64,000 nt of DNA from an uncultured Deinococcaceae bacterium (GTDB lineage Bacteria > Deinococcota > Deinococci > Deinococcales > Deinococcaceae). The notes below the pieces were generated by a model. That model saw only the letters and a program-made list of their open reading frames with translations, did no database searches and had not been told where the DNA came from. Positions 63,538 through 64,000 of the stretch are shown here, in pieces. The position numbers were made by a program, and so were the translations under genes. The stretch covers positions 17,055-81,054 of the forward strand of contig CAXULY010000026.1 of the NCBI GenBank assembly GCA_964252075.1, given 5' to 3'. The number at the start of each line of letters is the position of its first letter. The first letter of the stretch is position 1.

Positions 63538-64000
63538 ATGGCTGAACTTGCCGTCATTTACGACCGCGTGCGCCCCGACGAGAAGATGCTGTTCGAGGCG
63601 CTCGACGGTCTCGGCGTGCCCTATGACAAGGTGTACGCCCCCCAGCTGAAGGTGACCTTCGGGGTCACTGAGGTGCCGTGGACGGTCGCGATTGAGCGCT
63701 GCGTGTCGCAGTCGCGCGGTCACGCCGCGACGCGCGCCCTGGAGGGTCTGGGCGTGCGCGTCATCAACCCCAGCCACGTGATTGAGGCGTGCGGCGACAA
63801 GCTCGCCACGAACGCCCTCCTGAACCGCGCGGGCCTCCCCACCCCGAAGACGGGCGTGGCCTTCACGCCCGAGAGCGCCCTGGATCTCATCGAGGACTTT
63901 GGGTACCCGGTGGTCCTCAAGCCCACGGTGGGCTCTTGGGGCCGCATGGTGAGCCGCCTGAACGACCGCGACGCGGCGGAGGCCGTCATTGAGCACAAGG
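63538..64000 (+). CDS. lysX: Alpha-aminoadipate--LysW ligase (truncated at window edge)
   Basis: LAVIYDRVRPDEKML, ERCVSQSRG, CGDK, VLKPTVGSWGR; follows lysW. Confidence 0.95.
   Translation, partial: MAELAVIYDRVRPDEKMLFEALDGLGVPYDKVYAPQLKVTFGVTEVPWTVAIERCVSQSRGHAATRALEGLGVRVINPSHVIEACGDKLATNALLNRAGLPTPKTGVAFTPESALDLIEDFGYPVVLKPTVGSWGRMVSRLNDRDAAEAVIEHK

Overview
This is a high-GC chromosomal window, most consistent with a Deinococcus species. The evidence is the LysW-dependent alpha-aminoadipate lysine pathway, a fused SecDF, RecN/FtsK/RNase R architecture, and many genes whose start codon sits 5-7 nt after a TANNNT -10 box (leaderless transcripts). Most of it is core genome: recN, map, ispG, ispH, ftsK, rnr, trpC, hpt, minC, rimP-nusA-ylxR-infB, secDF, recJ, htrA, and lysine genes in three places (lysK; lysJ; lysS...lysT...lysU-lysV-like-lysW-lysX). 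No rRNA, tRNA, CRISPR array, transposase or prophage was recognised. The best candidate for an undercharacterised system is a four-gene envelope operon at 39.9-44.5 kb: a substrate-binding-fold protein, TelA, an SBP-vWA lipoprotein and an XpaC-like membrane protein. It has no transporter genes and is preceded by a phased 11-bp direct-repeat operator. Other notable items are a cysteine-free LysW next to a double zinc-ribbon partner, a degenerate PhzF-fold gene inside the lys cluster, an RNase R with AT-hook-like repeats and a possible internal start, a candidate structured RNA plus a rimP-leader attenuator, and a cluster of disordered or hydrophilic stress-type proteins. All family calls come from motif recognition by eye; no database search was run. 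Start codons were refined manually.
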